Assembly: GCA_963825135.1 (NCBI GenBank)
Contig: CAWGRW010000009.1
Span: 1,888,001-1,952,000 of the forward strand
Direction: 5' to 3'
DNA: 64,000 bases
Source: an uncultured bacterium
GTDB lineage: Bacteria > Desulfobacterota_D > UBA1144 > Nemesobacterales > UBA2774
Under the pieces are notes generated by a model. That model had not been told where the DNA came from. It saw only the letters and a list, made by a program, of their open reading frames with translations, and did no database searches. Both the position numbers and the translations under genes were made by a program. This document shows, in pieces, positions 19,565 to 28,959 of the stretch (position 1 is its first letter; the number at the start of each line of letters is the position of its first letter).

Positions 19565-20815
19565 TTATTTTTCTTTCTCCAGAGCGACGTTATCGACCCA
19601 CACAATTCCCGAAATGTTATTGCTAAATTTGTCGGTTTTGTGACGTCTTAATTTCAAAACTATGGTGCTGCAGTCCTTAGGAGTTGTAAATGAGAATGTC
19701 ACAAGATGCCAATCCGTTGTACCGCGAACCTGCTCGGACTCAGCGTGAAGATTATTGTTGTTTACGCATTCTGCTTCCCATAGGAGTCCGTTCTTCGTAG
19801 AAATATCTTTACTTTTCATGAGTGATGACAATTTATAATTCGTCTCATCGTCTACAGGTATAAATTGATATAAATGATAAAAATCGACATTTTGCTTTCC
19901 ATCGAATTCGATTTTGATTGAACGGCCGTTATCGGTGTGGTCAATGTTTTCTGAAATTTTTGCTCCTTCCACATTGCCCAGTCTCCAATCAAATCCTGCA
20001 TTTCTAATCTTCTGATTGAAGTCCCCGTTCCATACGCCTTCCCATTTGCCTAATCGGTCGGCCCAGACATTTTTCGCGGTGGGTAGTTCTCTTTCGTTAA
20101 TTAAAAATACGACATATCTGAGAAATATGTCTTCCGGTATTTCACCTATACCCATACTGGATAATTTTTCCCAAGTGACCTTCGCTTCGGAGACCCTGTG
20201 TGTACTAATAAGGAAGTGCAGGTACGCTGGGAGGGCGTTATCAGAAACTGCCTCCCGGACTTTATCCCCGTTTCTGAGTGACTGCCATAAGATTGGAAAT
20301 GCTTTATAACGCCTGTGCCGGTCATAGGCAATTACGGCTCGTAAATTATTGATTAGGACTTCTTCGTCTCCGAGCCTCGATGCGAGCATGCCGGCTGCCC
20401 ACCTGAGGGATACTACACCGGGAGCGAGCTCGGTTGCCTTGTTGAGCGTATATACTGCAAGATCCCTCTTGCGATCCTGCAAAAGGAATTCGGCCAGATA
20501 ATACCAGTAGTTGTAGTCTAAGGGGTTAAGTTCAAGGGCTTTTTTGTAAAGATCGTAGACCCGGCCACGCGGGGCGGACAAATCGTAATTTGCGTAATAT
20601 TCTCCAAGCATGAAATAGAACTGGGAATTTCCGCTCTCGATTCTTATGGCTTCGTTGAAGCCGTTAGGGGGAGGATCCGTCGCGTAAACGTAAGACAGCC
20701 AGTTCTTGGCTGCGCTCCAGGAAAGAAATAGTGTGATGGATATCGTGAGGAGGATATATGTATAAAGGGAAAACCTGGAACCTATTGTAAATTTCATATA
20801 CCCGGAGTTACACAA
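19565..20815 (-). CDS. Membrane-anchored TPR protein with C-terminal carbohydrate-binding-like domain (start may be 20797)
   Basis: N-terminal TM; YKKALELNP/ATELAP TPR-like repeats; WNGDF...GFDW...GTTDW...F.TP...G.VWVDNV jelly-roll pattern. Confidence 0.65.
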   Translation of the reverse strand: MCNSGYMKFTIGSRFSLYTYILLTISITLFLSWSAAKNWLSYVYATDPPPNGFNEAIRIESGNSQFYFMLGEYYANYDLSAPRGRVYDLYKKALELNPLDYNYWYYLAEFLLQDRKRDLAVYTLNKATELAPGVVSLRWAAGMLASRLGDEEVLINNLRAVIAYDRHRRYKAFPILWQSLRNGDKVREAVSDNALPAYLHFLISTHRVSEAKVTWEKLSSMGIGEIPEDIFLRYVVFLINERELPTAKNVWADRLGKWEGVWNGDFNQKIRNAGFDWRLGNVEGAKISENIDHTDNGRSIKIEFDGKQNVDFYHLYQFIPVDDETNYKLSSLMKSKDISTKNGLLWEAECVNNNNLHAESEQVRGTTDWHLVTFSFTTPKDCSTIVLKLRRHKTDKFSNNISGIVWVDNVALEKEK

Positions 20816-20896
20816 TGATGCAGATTTACAGATAAGTCAATTTATCGCAACGAGAATTTGCTATCAACCGGGAAATATCAGTGAGTATCTAATGCG

Positions 20897-23266
20897 CTAA
20901 ACAGATTTACCCAAATCGTCCCGTTTGGTTTTCTCAACGGATTTCGCGGCTGCGAGCTTTTTCTTTTCATCGTCTTCGCCGTAATAGTAGTTGTACGATT
21001 TATAGTAATAACTGTTTTGATTGAGCTCTATGCCGTTGACTATCACTCCCAGGAAATTTGCCTTCAAGCTCCACAGCCTGTCTATCAGCTCCCTTATAGA
21101 GTTCTTGGGTGTTTTGCCTGCCCTTACAACTACCGCGACTCCGTCGACAAGGCTCGAAATGATATGGGAGTCGACAAACCCCAGTGCCGGAGGACCGTCA
21201 ACTATTATATAATCATAGTCGTCCGTTAGAGTTTGAATTAACTCTCTCATACGGTTAGAACCCAAGAGTTCGGCCGGGTTGACGGGTATCGGACCTACGG
21301 GAAGTACATACAAGTTGGGTATCTCCCCCTGTGAAATAACGTCGCTCAAATTCGAATTTCCGGTCAGGAAGCTGCTGAGTCCGTTACCGTTATTGCCGAG
21401 GATAGTTCCGATTCTCGGACGCCTGAGGTCGGCCTCCAGAAGGAGAACTTTGCTTCCTGCCTGAGCGAAAGAAGACGCGAGGTTAATCGACACGGTTGTT
21501 TTTCCTTCTGCCGGGAAGCAGCTCGTGATTAGAATCGAACGGGGCGGCTTGCCGGGAGTGGAAAGGAGAAGAGAAGTCCTGATGGTTCTGAATGATTCGG
21601 CAATATGAGATCTAGGATCAAGTAGAAATAATTTCTCAACAGGTGAATCCAAACTGTCCGTTTGATTGGATTCAAACACTCCTCCGAGGACCGGCAGTTT
21701 GAGCTTGTCCCTCACTTCTTCAGACGTTTTGACCGTATTGTCGAAATACTCCAGGAAAAAGGCCAGGAAAATGCCGCCGCCTATTCCGAGGATACACGCT
21801 ATAAGCAGGTTCAAAGTCACATTGGGTTTAAACGGTATTATCGGAATTTGCGCGTAGTCAACAACTTGTATATTGCTAGCTGTTATGGCCGATGACACTT
21901 CGGTTTCTTTTAGTCTTTGCAAAAGGCTGTTATAAATAGTTTCATTCGATTCAACCCCTCTTTTGAGTATGTTGTATTGAATCGATTTGTCATTTAGTGC
22001 GGAAGCAAGAGTCTTTTGCTTCTGATAACTTTCCCTGAGAGTTTCTTCTTTTTTAAGCGAGGCGTCGTAATCTGATTTGACGGATGAGGCTATGCTGTTT
22101 TGAGCTTCTTCGATTTTTGCTTGCAATTCGGCTACCCTCGCCCCAAGCTCTTTCACCTTCGGATATCCTGATTTAAAAGTCGAGCTCAGCTGGCTGTACT
22201 CCGACTGTGCCCGAGCATGCTCTGCTTTCAGGTTCTGGATATAGGGGTCGTTCATTACCATTGACAATGAGTCTATGTTGCCGTCTAACGCATGCTTATA
22301 AAGTGATTCCTTCTCCAGTCTCGAGGTTTCTGCCTTTGCGAGCGCGTCGTTGAGTTCCGAGAACGTGTGGTAAGTTATGTTCATCTTTTCGTCGAGGGAA
22401 ACAATGTCGTTGCTCTTGGCGAACCCGTTCAATTTCTCTTCGGATAGTTCAAGGTTAGACTGTGCCTGTTCAATCTGTTTTTTAAGGAAATCCCTGCCCT
22501 GTTTTGTAGCGTCCAGTTTCCTGTTCAGGAGCCAGTTGATGAACGTATCGCTTAAAGCATTGACCGCTTCTGCCGCGAGTTTTCGGTCATGTGATACGAA
22601 ACTTACATCGACAAGGCGCGAGTTGCCTACGGGGGTTATCAGGAGCCTGCTGGTAAAAGCATTGATCAAATCGTCTTCTTGACCCGCCTGGGCGATCTCT
22701 TCATCAGCGCCGGATGTCTGCGTCTCCTGCGGTCTCGTGGTTATCTTTTTTATTCCGTTGAGAATGTTATCTATCAGACCGTTAACACTCGACATTGCCC
22801 TGGAAATCAGACTCTGCTTCTTTTTTTCGGGGTTGAAATCCGGGTTCTCCGCCAGATTAAGTTTTTCGACTACTTGTTTTGCCAAAGAGTTGCTTTTTAA
22901 GAGAAGGTACTGAGTTTCATAGAACTCTTCGGATTTGGTCTCGAGTTCGACCACCTGGTCGAAATTCACGACTTTAGGGTTTTCCAGAGAAATTTCGAGC
23001 TTCGCTGTGGCCTTGTATTCGGGCTCCGTCAAGAAAGTCGATATCAGAGTCGATATCAGTACGATGACGAAAAATACAATGATTACTTTCTTTCTCCTGA
23101 GTACCACCTCGATGTAGCGGTGGATAGCGCTTTCTTCATCTACCGGATAAGCCCTCAATATGTCCGGCGTATTAGGATAAGCGCGAAGGGACCTCTCTTC
23201 GTTTTCAGGTACGAGGTTCCGGCCTTTGCCGTCACCGATCATTTTATCTCTATCGTTATTTTCCAT
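20897..23266 (-). CDS. wzc: Polysaccharide co-polymerase / tyrosine autokinase (Wzc/GumC)
   Basis: Two TMs flanking a coiled-coil periplasmic domain; AESFRTIRT, Walker A PAEGKTT, EADLRRP, IVDGPP; C-terminal Tyr cluster YYYKSYNYYY. Confidence 0.93.
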   Translation of the reverse strand: MENNDRDKMIGDGKGRNLVPENEERSLRAYPNTPDILRAYPVDEESAIHRYIEVVLRRKKVIIVFFVIVLISTLISTFLTEPEYKATAKLEISLENPKVVNFDQVVELETKSEEFYETQYLLLKSNSLAKQVVEKLNLAENPDFNPEKKKQSLISRAMSSVNGLIDNILNGIKKITTRPQETQTSGADEEIAQAGQEDDLINAFTSRLLITPVGNSRLVDVSFVSHDRKLAAEAVNALSDTFINWLLNRKLDATKQGRDFLKKQIEQAQSNLELSEEKLNGFAKSNDIVSLDEKMNITYHTFSELNDALAKAETSRLEKESLYKHALDGNIDSLSMVMNDPYIQNLKAEHARAQSEYSQLSSTFKSGYPKVKELGARVAELQAKIEEAQNSIASSVKSDYDASLKKEETLRESYQKQKTLASALNDKSIQYNILKRGVESNETIYNSLLQRLKETEVSSAITASNIQVVDYAQIPIIPFKPNVTLNLLIACILGIGGGIFLAFFLEYFDNTVKTSEEVRDKLKLPVLGGVFESNQTDSLDSPVEKLFLLDPRSHIAESFRTIRTSLLLSTPGKPPRSILITSCFPAEGKTTVSINLASSFAQAGSKVLLLEADLRRPRIGTILGNNGNGLSSFLTGNSNLSDVISQGEIPNLYVLPVGPIPVNPAELLGSNRMRELIQTLTDDYDYIIVDGPPALGFVDSHIISSLVDGVAVVVRAGKTPKNSIRELIDRLWSLKANFLGVIVNGIELNQNSYYYKSYNYYYGEDDEKKKLAAAKSVEKTKRDDLGKSV

Positions 23267-23298
23267 TTGTATACTTCTCTTTTAAGATGAATTTAGCT

Positions 23299-24315
23299 TT
23301 ACTGTACGCCTACGCTAAACGGCGGGAAAAACAATCCGAGCCTAATAGCGTCGAAGAAGCTCTTGATGGCATTTTTGCCTACGACTATTGCGTCCTGGTC
23401 CTTCAAAACTATATCCGCAGAATTGCCCTCTTTAATGCCGTCCAGGTCTACGGCCGTAACCTGCACCTGACCATTTTCTTTCCTCATCAGACTGACATCG
23501 GACGCCTCCGCTGTTTTGGCGAGTCCTCCTGCCGCTGTGATCGCCTGACTGACGGTCATATTGGTTTCCAATGGGATGGTGCCGGGTTTAATTACGGCTC
23601 CGTCAACATATACTACACCTGCTTCCGGTATGTATACAACATCGCCCATATGAATAGGAATATTCAGATCCGATTTGCCCTCGTCAAGCAATTCTCCGAG
23701 ATCAATTTCAACCGCTTTCTTCTGACCTTCCTTGCCCTTTCGCGTAACGTATGCCATTTCGCTTGCATCCGCGTTTAGTCCGCCGGCCATTGCAATAGCG
23801 TCCAGCAGGTTCCCCTTACCCAGCAGTTCATACGTCCCCGGACTCTTTACGCTGCCAATTACAGCTACCCTCTGACTTTTGAATTCTTTAATGGACACGA
23901 CAACATGTGGGTCGTTCATGTATTTTTCCGTCAATTGTTCCTTTATCCTTTCTTCCGCTTCCAAAGCAGTAAGACCGCCGACCTCCACCGTCCCGAGCAG
24001 GGGGAATGAAATCATATTCTTTGAGTTTACCCTCGCCTCCGTATCCAGATCCGGGGCCTCTACGACTTTAATTTCCAGGAGGTCTCCGGGCCCGAGAAGG
24101 TAATCATCGGATGCTGACGAACTAAAGGTTTCCTGAATTAATTTACGGTTTAATTCCTGATTCTCGGTGTTAACCTCCCTTTGTGCCTGTGGAAGGGTAC
24201 GCGTACCCCCTGCGGTCGAGCCGCCGCCGCAGGCGGTGCAAAAGACACCCGCGAGTAAGAGTAAAGCTATCCCTGTTTTGATATAGCGATTCAATTTACA
24301 CCAATACCCCACCAT
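23299..24315 (-). CDS. wza: Polysaccharide export lipoprotein (Wza/OPX family, SLBB repeats)
   Basis: Lipobox-like CTAC; YLLGPGDLL, ISFPLLG.V...GLT, V.G.V..PG.Y and AIAMAGGL repeats. Confidence 0.88.
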   Translation of the reverse strand: MVGYWCKLNRYIKTGIALLLLAGVFCTACGGGSTAGGTRTLPQAQREVNTENQELNRKLIQETFSSSASDDYLLGPGDLLEIKVVEAPDLDTEARVNSKNMISFPLLGTVEVGGLTALEAEERIKEQLTEKYMNDPHVVVSIKEFKSQRVAVIGSVKSPGTYELLGKGNLLDAIAMAGGLNADASEMAYVTRKGKEGQKKAVEIDLGELLDEGKSDLNIPIHMGDVVYIPEAGVVYVDGAVIKPGTIPLETNMTVSQAITAAGGLAKTAEASDVSLMRKENGQVQVTAVDLDGIKEGNSADIVLKDQDAIVVGKNAIKSFFDAIRLGLFFPPFSVGVQ

Positions 24316-24400
24316 AAATCAATTATACATCCTCTCAAGTCGGGAAGTATAATCTTTATAGTAAATCTACGTAATTTCGTATTGCTGTGGATTAAATACC

Positions 24401-25156
24401 CTACTCGGTTCTGAGAACGTTGCTGGCGTTATGATCTCCGCCGCCGCCGCAAAGGGCCCCGCATACAGCACCGGTAACCGCAGCCGCACCGACAGCCGCC
24501 GGAATCAATAACGGAGCCGCTGCTGGTGAACAACACCCCGATTTATTTTCAAATGAATCATAGGGGTTTTGTTTATCAGGACTCGAAGCGGCATCTCCCG
24601 GTTCGAGAGTTTGAGTGTTCATATTGGTCTTGAAATTTGCGTATCCGTCGAATTGAATTGCTGAAGTAACGTTCTCTTTTACGTTGGTTCTGCCGTCGAC
24701 ATACTCAGGCGACCCCGCTTTAACTGCGCTCTCGTCCGGAGGAATTGTATCGGCCGCGGGAGTATCAACCAGGAAACCGCTTTTCGGATTGAAGCAATAG
24801 CAGACCTCTCCCTGGTCGCCCTGAGTCAGTAACAGCCCGGTAAATCCATCCCCTATGGACTGTACTTTGAATACAGATTTCGGCTCAATCACGTATTTGC
24901 CGCCGTTGACGATCAGTGTCGCTTTGCCGTTATCCAATGTATCAATGATCATGTCAGGGTAGATAGGATAGCTCTCGTCCTTTAATGTGACCTCGCTCCC
25001 GTCTATAAGTGTAACCTTTACTTCGTCTGAGACTTTCATGGTTCCGAGAGAAACCTGAGCGTCAAGTGAAGTCTGTGCAAAGACAACAGCGACCGGCTGA
25101 AGAAATAAAAAGCCCGCCACAAAAAACGACAACGTCATCTTCAATGTTCTGGTCAT
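24401..25156 (-). CDS. Secreted Cys-rich hypothetical protein with C-terminal hydrophobic anchor; first gene of the wza-wzc run
   Basis: ATG 25156 follows a long AGGAGAGGAGGG SD. Signal peptide MTRTLK...VFA; C-terminus GCCSPAAAPLLIPAAVGAAAVTGAVCGALCGGGGDHNASNVLRTE. Confidence 0.7.
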   Translation of the reverse strand: MTRTLKMTLSFFVAGFLFLQPVAVVFAQTSLDAQVSLGTMKVSDEVKVTLIDGSEVTLKDESYPIYPDMIIDTLDNGKATLIVNGGKYVIEPKSVFKVQSIGDGFTGLLLTQGDQGEVCYCFNPKSGFLVDTPAADTIPPDESAVKAGSPEYVDGRTNVKENVTSAIQFDGYANFKTNMNTQTLEPGDAASSPDKQNPYDSFENKSGCCSPAAAPLLIPAAVGAAAVTGAVCGALCGGGGDHNASNVLRTE

Positions 25157-25190
25157 GTTTGTAAACCCTCCTCTCCTGAATCTATTATAT

Positions 25191-25219
25191 AGTATAGAAA
25201 TGGGGTTAGATAGAGTCAA
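25191..25219 (-). promoter_or_regulatory. Sigma70-type promoter for the 25156-wza-wzc run
   Basis: TTGACT-17 nt-TATACT on the minus strand, 35 nt upstream of the ATG. Confidence 0.65.
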
Positions 25220-25503
25220 CGAGACTTAAGTAGGTCTTTTATGATAAATAAAGTATGTAGGGCGGCAAAATGCTTCATACTTTAGTATTATTGCAGGCAC
25301 ATACTTGCTATTACAACATACTCCTAACATTACATTATATTTGATTCCCGTTGCCGGCTGGCGTTTAATATGCATACCAATATCCCGGCTCTCGACCGGT
25401 CTCGATCTGATGGCGAATTTATTCCTCTGATTCCGGCCGGGGCGGAATTTAATGAAATTTGTTTCTTTCTTTACTGTTTGAGAGGACACCATATACGACC
25501 CGT

Positions 25504-26790
25504 TTATTTCAGTTTCAGTTCCTGTCTAATCTTTTTAATGTCGTAGTAAGGTTCTCCGCGCTCCCTGGCGAGTTTATAAATATTTTCGAGCTCGATCAAT
25601 ACCAGATTGAGCTTTTTCCTGCCATCGGTTGTTACGGTAGCTTCTCTGGGCGTCAAGCCACTCAGCACGGCTAGCGGCATGTCCACCCATTCGGCGTAGT
25701 ATTCGTCTAATTTCTTGTCCAGCTCCTTTTTACTTTTTACTCCCGGGGGCAGTCTGTGCAGTTTGCCGGCTTCTTTTTTCGTTTTGTCCGCGTATGATTC
25801 GATTCCCTTTATATTGTCTTCAAGGTGTTCTATAAAACCTCTGAGCTCTCTCTCGATCGTCGATTTTGCGGTATTCAGCATTTCAACGGAATAGGAAACT
25901 ATTTTTAACGTATTGTCGTCGAGCTCTAAAGAACCTGCTATATAATTTCCTCCCCCGTTCTCCAGACTGAATACCCTGATCTCTTCGTTAGTCCCGCTTA
26001 TCTGTTTGAATAGCTGTATTCCCTCGAGTTTTTCAAGCGTTTTATTCCTGTCCTTTACTTTGTATGTCGCCGACGCCAGGACTAACTCCTCGCCTTCGGG
26101 CGTAATCAGCCGAAGATTATTTGCAAGATAATCGGCATAGCCGGAGATCTTATAGCCCAGGTCTCTCAGGAATGTCTCTTTATTGCCGCCTTCGTCAAGG
26201 GATTTTGCGTAGAGATCGAATTCTCTGTCGAAATAATCGAGGATGATATTTTTAAACGCTGCCGGATATGCGGATACGATCCCCGAGAAATATGTGTCTG
26301 TCCCCGCCTTGAGGGGCCTTGCCCCTATGATATCCGAGGTCTTAAGCTGCTTAGATGCTGAAGAGTCGCGGATCCTGTATTCTTTGTTAAAGAACAGGTC
26401 CCTTATATCGCAGTATCCGCCCGGCGCTATTTCTATGATTTCGAAAAAACTGTATAGGCTCGCGAGCCACCCCTTTATTATGGATTCTTCCGGATGGGTG
26501 AGAGTTTCTCGCTCCTCATTATAGAATCGCTCTATTACCCTCTCGCCCGTATCGAGCAATCTGAAGTCGTGAAGGAACCAGTCGAAGAACTTCTCGAAAG
26601 TGATATCCCCGATCCGCTCGTCTATGACGTCATCCGCAATAAAGTCGGGGTCGTCCTTCCATATGTAAAAGGCTTCCCCCAGCTGGGACTGTATCTCCGG
26701 GCGCTCGGAATACTCGACCAGCTTCGCGCGGAGATCGCTCCCCGCCTGATCGAATTTGTATTGTGTGATATCGATTACTTTATCTTTCAT
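25504..26790 (-). CDS. Hypothetical protein resembling SEC-C-associated proteins, with C-terminal MbcA/ParS-like WxxxPxxxLxGxTP motif
   Basis: FFDWFLHD, SFFEI and IIGAR patterns; C-terminal WVDMPLAVLSGLTPREA. No SEC-C Cys motif is present. Confidence 0.5.
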   Translation of the reverse strand: MKDKVIDITQYKFDQAGSDLRAKLVEYSERPEIQSQLGEAFYIWKDDPDFIADDVIDERIGDITFEKFFDWFLHDFRLLDTGERVIERFYNEERETLTHPEESIIKGWLASLYSFFEIIEIAPGGYCDIRDLFFNKEYRIRDSSASKQLKTSDIIGARPLKAGTDTYFSGIVSAYPAAFKNIILDYFDREFDLYAKSLDEGGNKETFLRDLGYKISGYADYLANNLRLITPEGEELVLASATYKVKDRNKTLEKLEGIQLFKQISGTNEEIRVFSLENGGGNYIAGSLELDDNTLKIVSYSVEMLNTAKSTIERELRGFIEHLEDNIKGIESYADKTKKEAGKLHRLPPGVKSKKELDKKLDEYYAEWVDMPLAVLSGLTPREATVTTDGRKKLNLVLIELENIYKLARERGEPYYDIKKIRQELKLK

Positions 26791-26796
26791 ATTGAA

Positions 26797-26824
26797 ATTA
26801 TATTTTCGCTCCGCCAGCTGTCAA
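26797..26824 (-). promoter_or_regulatory. Consensus sigma70 promoter, probably leaderless transcript
   Basis: TTGACA-16 nt-TATAAT-6 nt-ATG(26790); no SD possible. Confidence 0.7.
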
Positions 26825-26930
26825 TTGACAAAGGGCCTCCCGGGTCTCAATGAAGGGTCCGAACTATCGTCGGGGGACGCTTTTGGGGCGGTCATTCCCG
26901 GGCCTCGGCAGCATGGTCGCTGTTAACCTT

Positions 26931-27395
26931 TCACTCGGCCTTTCCGAATTCACTTTCCAGGTACCCTCGTCTGAAATCGAATATCTCTCTCAGCTGTCTC
27001 TTCACTAAGAGTTCATGGGCGATATCCCCCACCAGACCGAGGGGCAGGGCGTAATGCACCAGGTCCCGGACCTCGACGCCCCCGCTGATTTCTCTGAAGT
27101 GATGCTCGTGGTGCCAGAACTCGTAAGGGCCCAGGCGCTGGTCGTCCACGAAATATTCGGGCTCTTCCACATGGGTTATCTCCGTAACCCACCTCACGGG
27201 CAGCCCAAAAAACGGTGTAACTGTATATATCAGGATGAGTCCGGGGTATATCCTCCCGGGCGCCTCCGACGTGATCTTAAACCCGAGCCGGGGAGGGGTG
27301 ATTTTCGTCAGGTTAGCCGGATTCGAAAAGAAATCCCAGGCCTCATTTAGAGTTATGGGGATATCAAGAGTTCTCTCTAATACGTGTAATTTCAT
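26931..27395 (-). CDS. SRPBCC family protein
   Basis: AWDFFSNPANL..ITPP, W.TEIT, FVDDQRLGPY..WHHEHHF and IFDFR motifs; likely start MKLHVLE. Confidence 0.85.
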   Translation of the reverse strand: MKLHVLERTLDIPITLNEAWDFFSNPANLTKITPPRLGFKITSEAPGRIYPGLILIYTVTPFFGLPVRWVTEITHVEEPEYFVDDQRLGPYEFWHHEHHFREISGGVEVRDLVHYALPLGLVGDIAHELLVKRQLREIFDFRRGYLESEFGKAE

Positions 27396-27609
27396 ATGGT
27401 TACATGGTCCGTGTCTCAAGGAGAGGGCTCGCCCCGCCCGAGTGCGCCGGATATTCGGTCTCCAATGTCATGGTTACAACGAGTTAGTTTACCGGATGGG
27501 GCAAATTCTGTTTCCGCGATTCTCCCGGAGCGCCTCGTGAGAAAAGTTTATGCCGCTGGATGTAGCTGCTTTTGATAACCGACTTTCCTATGTATAATCC
27601 TCTCTCACT

Positions 27610-28920
27610 GTGAAAATTATCAAAATCAACAGGGGCAATCTGGCGAAGGAAGTAGAGGGTTTACGGAGGGGCTCATCCGTTTCCGACCCCTCGCTCGAAG
27701 CCTCGACCAGGAAAATAGTGGAGGACGTCAGGAAAAACGGGGACAGGGCGCTGTTCAAGTACACTAAGAGGTTCGACAGAGTGGCGCTTACGGGTAAAAC
27801 CGTCAGGGTATCCAAAAAAGAGTTCCGGGATGCCCGCTCGGCCGTCCCGAAAAGACTGATGGAAGACCTTCATAAGGCTGCAAAGCGCATCAGGGATTTT
27901 CACAGGCTCAAACTCCCTTCGGAAAACACGTTCAGGGACACTCTCGGAAACGAGCTCGGCTGGGTGATAAGGCCTATAGAGAGGGCGGGACTGTATGTCC
28001 CCGGAGGGAAGGCTGCATACCCTTCGACGGTGCTAATGACGGCGATACCGGCAAAGGTGGCGGGCGTGAAAGAACTTATGCTTGTCACTCCCTGTCCTGA
28101 CGGTGAAATAAATCCCGCTGTTCTCGCCGCAGCAGAGATTGCGGGCGTCGACTCCGTCTACAAGGTCGGCGGCGCCCAGGCCGTGGCGGCGCTCGCTTAC
28201 GGAACCGGGTCGGTTCCAAGGGTGGATAAGATAGTAGGCCCGGGAAACATTTACGTCGCTATTGCGAAGAAGCTCGTCTTCGGAGTCGTGGATATCGATA
28301 TGATAGCCGGGCCGAGCGAGGTGCTCATCATCGCCGACGGCAGCGCACCCGCCGAATGGGTCGCGGCCGACCTCCTGGCCCAGGCCGAGCACGATGAAAT
28401 GGCCGTTCCCATGGTCGTCACCGATTCACCAGGCTACGCGAAGGAAATAGACAGAGAGGTCTCCCGGCAGCTCCCCAAACTCGAGAGGAGGGCGATTGCC
28501 GGGGTATCCGTGAGGAAGCAGGGAAGGATATTCGTCACCGGCAACCTGGAACAGGCGATAGGTCTTGCGAACATGCTCGCGCCCGAGCACCTCGAGCTTT
28601 GCGTGAAGAAACCGAAATCGATCCTTAAAAAGATAAACCATGCGGGGGCTATATTCCTCGGCTCTATGTCGACCGAGGCTTTCGGAGACTACATAGCGGG
28701 GCCGAGCCACGTTCTGCCCACGGGCGGCGCCGCCAGGTTCTCATCCCCGCTCAGCGTCTACGATTTCCTCCGGATGCCGAGCGTAATCTCCATTTCCAGG
28801 AACGGTTTCGATTCGCTTTCGGATTCCGTCATGAACCTCGCCTACAGTGAAAAGCTCGAGGCCCATGCCCTCTCGGTAGCCGTGAGACTCGACGCCGCCC
28901 GGCGCTCCGGATTATCCTGA
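27610..28920 (+). CDS. hisD: Histidinol dehydrogenase
   Basis: GLYVPGG.AAYPS, GGAQAVAALAYG, GPGNIYV, IDMIAGPSE, QAEHD, APEHL and GDY.AGPSHVLPT. Confidence 0.97.
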   Translation: MKIIKINRGNLAKEVEGLRRGSSVSDPSLEASTRKIVEDVRKNGDRALFKYTKRFDRVALTGKTVRVSKKEFRDARSAVPKRLMEDLHKAAKRIRDFHRLKLPSENTFRDTLGNELGWVIRPIERAGLYVPGGKAAYPSTVLMTAIPAKVAGVKELMLVTPCPDGEINPAVLAAAEIAGVDSVYKVGGAQAVAALAYGTGSVPRVDKIVGPGNIYVAIAKKLVFGVVDIDMIAGPSEVLIIADGSAPAEWVAADLLAQAEHDEMAVPMVVTDSPGYAKEIDREVSRQLPKLERRAIAGVSVRKQGRIFVTGNLEQAIGLANMLAPEHLELCVKKPKSILKKINHAGAIFLGSMSTEAFGDYIAGPSHVLPTGGAARFSSPLSVYDFLRMPSVISISRNGFDSLSDSVMNLAYSEKLEAHALSVAVRLDAARRSGLS

Positions 28921-28959
28921 TCATAAAAGAATGAGAGAATAGTTCTCCCGCTGCTCAAT

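Noticed and set aside
23287..23778. 163-aa plus-strand ORF
   Set aside because: Antisense shadow of wza with no recognisable motifs.
25293..25310. Sigma54-like GGCAC...TTGC site
   Set aside because: GG-to-GC spacing is 9 nt rather than the required 10, and it points away from the operon.
27400..27609. His attenuator leader upstream of hisD
   Set aside because: No His-codon-rich leader peptide or terminator; the -10 box lies only 11 nt from the start.
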